In this document: positions 50,652-51,828 of the stretch, in pieces
Layout: the number at the start of each line of letters is the position of its first letter
Numbering within the stretch: the first letter of the stretch is position 1
Assembly: GCA_019310245.1 (NCBI GenBank)
Contig: JAFDER010000007.1
Location: 1 to 51,828, forward strand
Length of the DNA: 51,828 nucleotides
Origin: Deltaproteobacteria bacterium
Lineage (GTDB): Bacteria > Myxococcota_A > Polyangia > DRWM01
Direction: 5' to 3'
Position numbers and translations under genes: made by a program
Notes under the pieces: model-generated
Databases searched by the model: none
Told to the model about the DNA's origin: nothing
The model's input: only the letters and a program-made list of their open reading frames with translations

Positions 50652-51823
50652 TGGGAGGCAGGAGCCACAGCGCGGACGTGGTCGTGATCGGCGCCGGAAG
50701 CGTCGGTGCACCGCTCGCCTACTTCCTCGCCCGCGGGGGCGCGCGCGTCACGGTTGTGGACATGCACGCCTCGCCGGGCCGGGGTCAGAACCGCGCCGCC
50801 ATCGGAGGCGTGAGGGCCACGCACTCCGATCCCGCGAAGATCCGCCTGTGCCTCGACAGCCTCGAGATCTTCTCCACCTGGCGCGAGGAGCACGGCGACG
50901 ACATCGGTTGGAAGCGCGGGGGGTACTGCTTCCCCGCGTTCCGCGACCGCGAGGAGTCCATCCTCAAGGCGCTGCTTCCCGCGCAGAAGGAGCAGGGGCT
51001 CGAGATCGACTGGGTGGAGCCGGACGAGGTCAAGAGGCTCATCCCTGGAATCGTCGAGCGGGACCTGAGGGGCGGTACGTACAGCCCGGGCGACGGTCAG
51101 GTCTCGCCACTGCGCGCCGTGACCGCCTTCTCGCGCGCCGCCGAGAGGCACGGGGCCACCTTCCGGTTCCGCGAGCGCGTGACCGGGATCACGATCCGCA
51201 GGGGCCGCATCCAGGGGATCGCAACGGATCGAGGGAAGCTCTCGGCGCCGGTCGTCGTCAACGCCGCCGGCGCCGAGGCGAGGCAGATCGGATCCCTGGC
51301 CGGCCTCGACGTGCCCGTGACGCCGGACAGCCACGAGGCCGGCATCACCGCTCCCGTGGAGCAGTTCCTTGCACCTCTCGTCGTGGACATCCGCCCCGGG
51401 GACGAGGGGAAGACCTCCAACTTCTACTTCGGCCAGAACTCCGAGGGTCAGATCATCTTCTGCTACACGCCGAGCACGCTCTTCGTGGGGACGAACGCGG
51501 AATCCACCTCCGAGTTCATGCCCGTGCTCGCGCGCCGCATGATCGCCCTCGTACCGAGGCTCAAGAACCTGCTCGTGCGCCGCGTCTGGCGCGGGCTCTA
51601 CCCCATGACCCCGGACGGGACCATCATCCTCGACGCGGTGCGAGAGGTCGATGGACACTTCCTGGCGGTCGGGATGTGCGGGCAGGGCTTCATGCTCGGT
51701 CCCGGTGTGGGCCGCTGCATGGCTTCGTTCATCCTGGACGGCACACCGACCTTGCCTCCCGGGGTGTTCGGGTCCCTGTCCTACTACCGCGATTTCGAGT
51801 CCAAGACCGAGGCCCTGAAGTAA
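50651..51823 (+). CDS. FAD-dependent amine/amino-acid oxidoreductase (DAO family; SoxB/OoxB/HcnC/PDH-beta-like)
   Basis: ADVVVIGAGSVGAPLAYFLARGGARVTVVD, internal DAO blocks, C-terminal GMCGQGFMLGPGVGRCMA. The GTG start overlaps the upstream TAG (TAGTG). TAA at 51821-51823. Confidence 0.8.
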   Translation: MGGRSHSADVVVIGAGSVGAPLAYFLARGGARVTVVDMHASPGRGQNRAAIGGVRATHSDPAKIRLCLDSLEIFSTWREEHGDDIGWKRGGYCFPAFRDREESILKALLPAQKEQGLEIDWVEPDEVKRLIPGIVERDLRGGTYSPGDGQVSPLRAVTAFSRAAERHGATFRFRERVTGITIRRGRIQGIATDRGKLSAPVVVNAAGAEARQIGSLAGLDVPVTPDSHEAGITAPVEQFLAPLVVDIRPGDEGKTSNFYFGQNSEGQIIFCYTPSTLFVGTNAESTSEFMPVLARRMIALVPRLKNLLVRRVWRGLYPMTPDGTIILDAVREVDGHFLAVGMCGQGFMLGPGVGRCMASFILDGTPTLPPGVFGSLSYYRDFESKTEALK

Positions 51824-51828
51824 GGCCG

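Noticed and set aside
1-51828. Mobile elements, prophage, integrative island, toxin-antitoxin pairs, rRNA/tRNA genes and CRISPR-Cas.
   Set aside because: I found no transposase, integrase, recombinase or phage-structural motifs, no terminal inverted or direct repeats flanking a block, no clear compositional break, and no tRNA-like cloverleaf candidates in the intergenic regions inspected by eye. A proper tRNAscan, Infernal or ISfinder run could still reveal elements I missed.

Overview
This is a dense, high-G+C bacterial chromosomal segment. Third codon positions are almost uniformly G/C, and long arginine/glycine/proline-rich shadow ORFs sit antisense to nearly every real gene. I can support about 44 protein-coding genes (one with an apparent frameshift), one RNase P RNA, several hairpins and a few short repeats. 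I saw no rRNA, tRNA, CRISPR array, transposase, integrase or phage genes.

The gene content looks Myxococcota-like: MopE-type CxxDDDCDG cysteine repeats, PEGA repeats, a DUF4388/PATAN protein, a TIGR02266-like PilZ, a Ser/Thr kinase, an RpoH-like sigma factor and many lipoproteins. It is combined with anaerobe-type Fe-S and radical enzymes.

Three clusters stand out as candidate undescribed systems:
- A translationally coupled operon at about 31.8-37.9 kb. It encodes a Cdc48-type double AAA+ ATPase, a VWA/transmembrane/GrpE-like fusion protein, a dedicated Hsp70 and a J-like/TPR protein.
- A stand-alone, very divergent nitrogenase-like H-D-K operon at 20.5-24.2 kb on the minus strand. Its third gene carries a frameshift.
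- A four-gene flavin/Fe-S operon at 44.9-51.8 kb. It links a sarcosine/opine/proline-oxidase-like pair to a GltD/ferredoxin/MvhD/HdrB-like mega-fusion.

All functional calls come from motif recognition by eye, not from database searches, and gene starts are my best choices.
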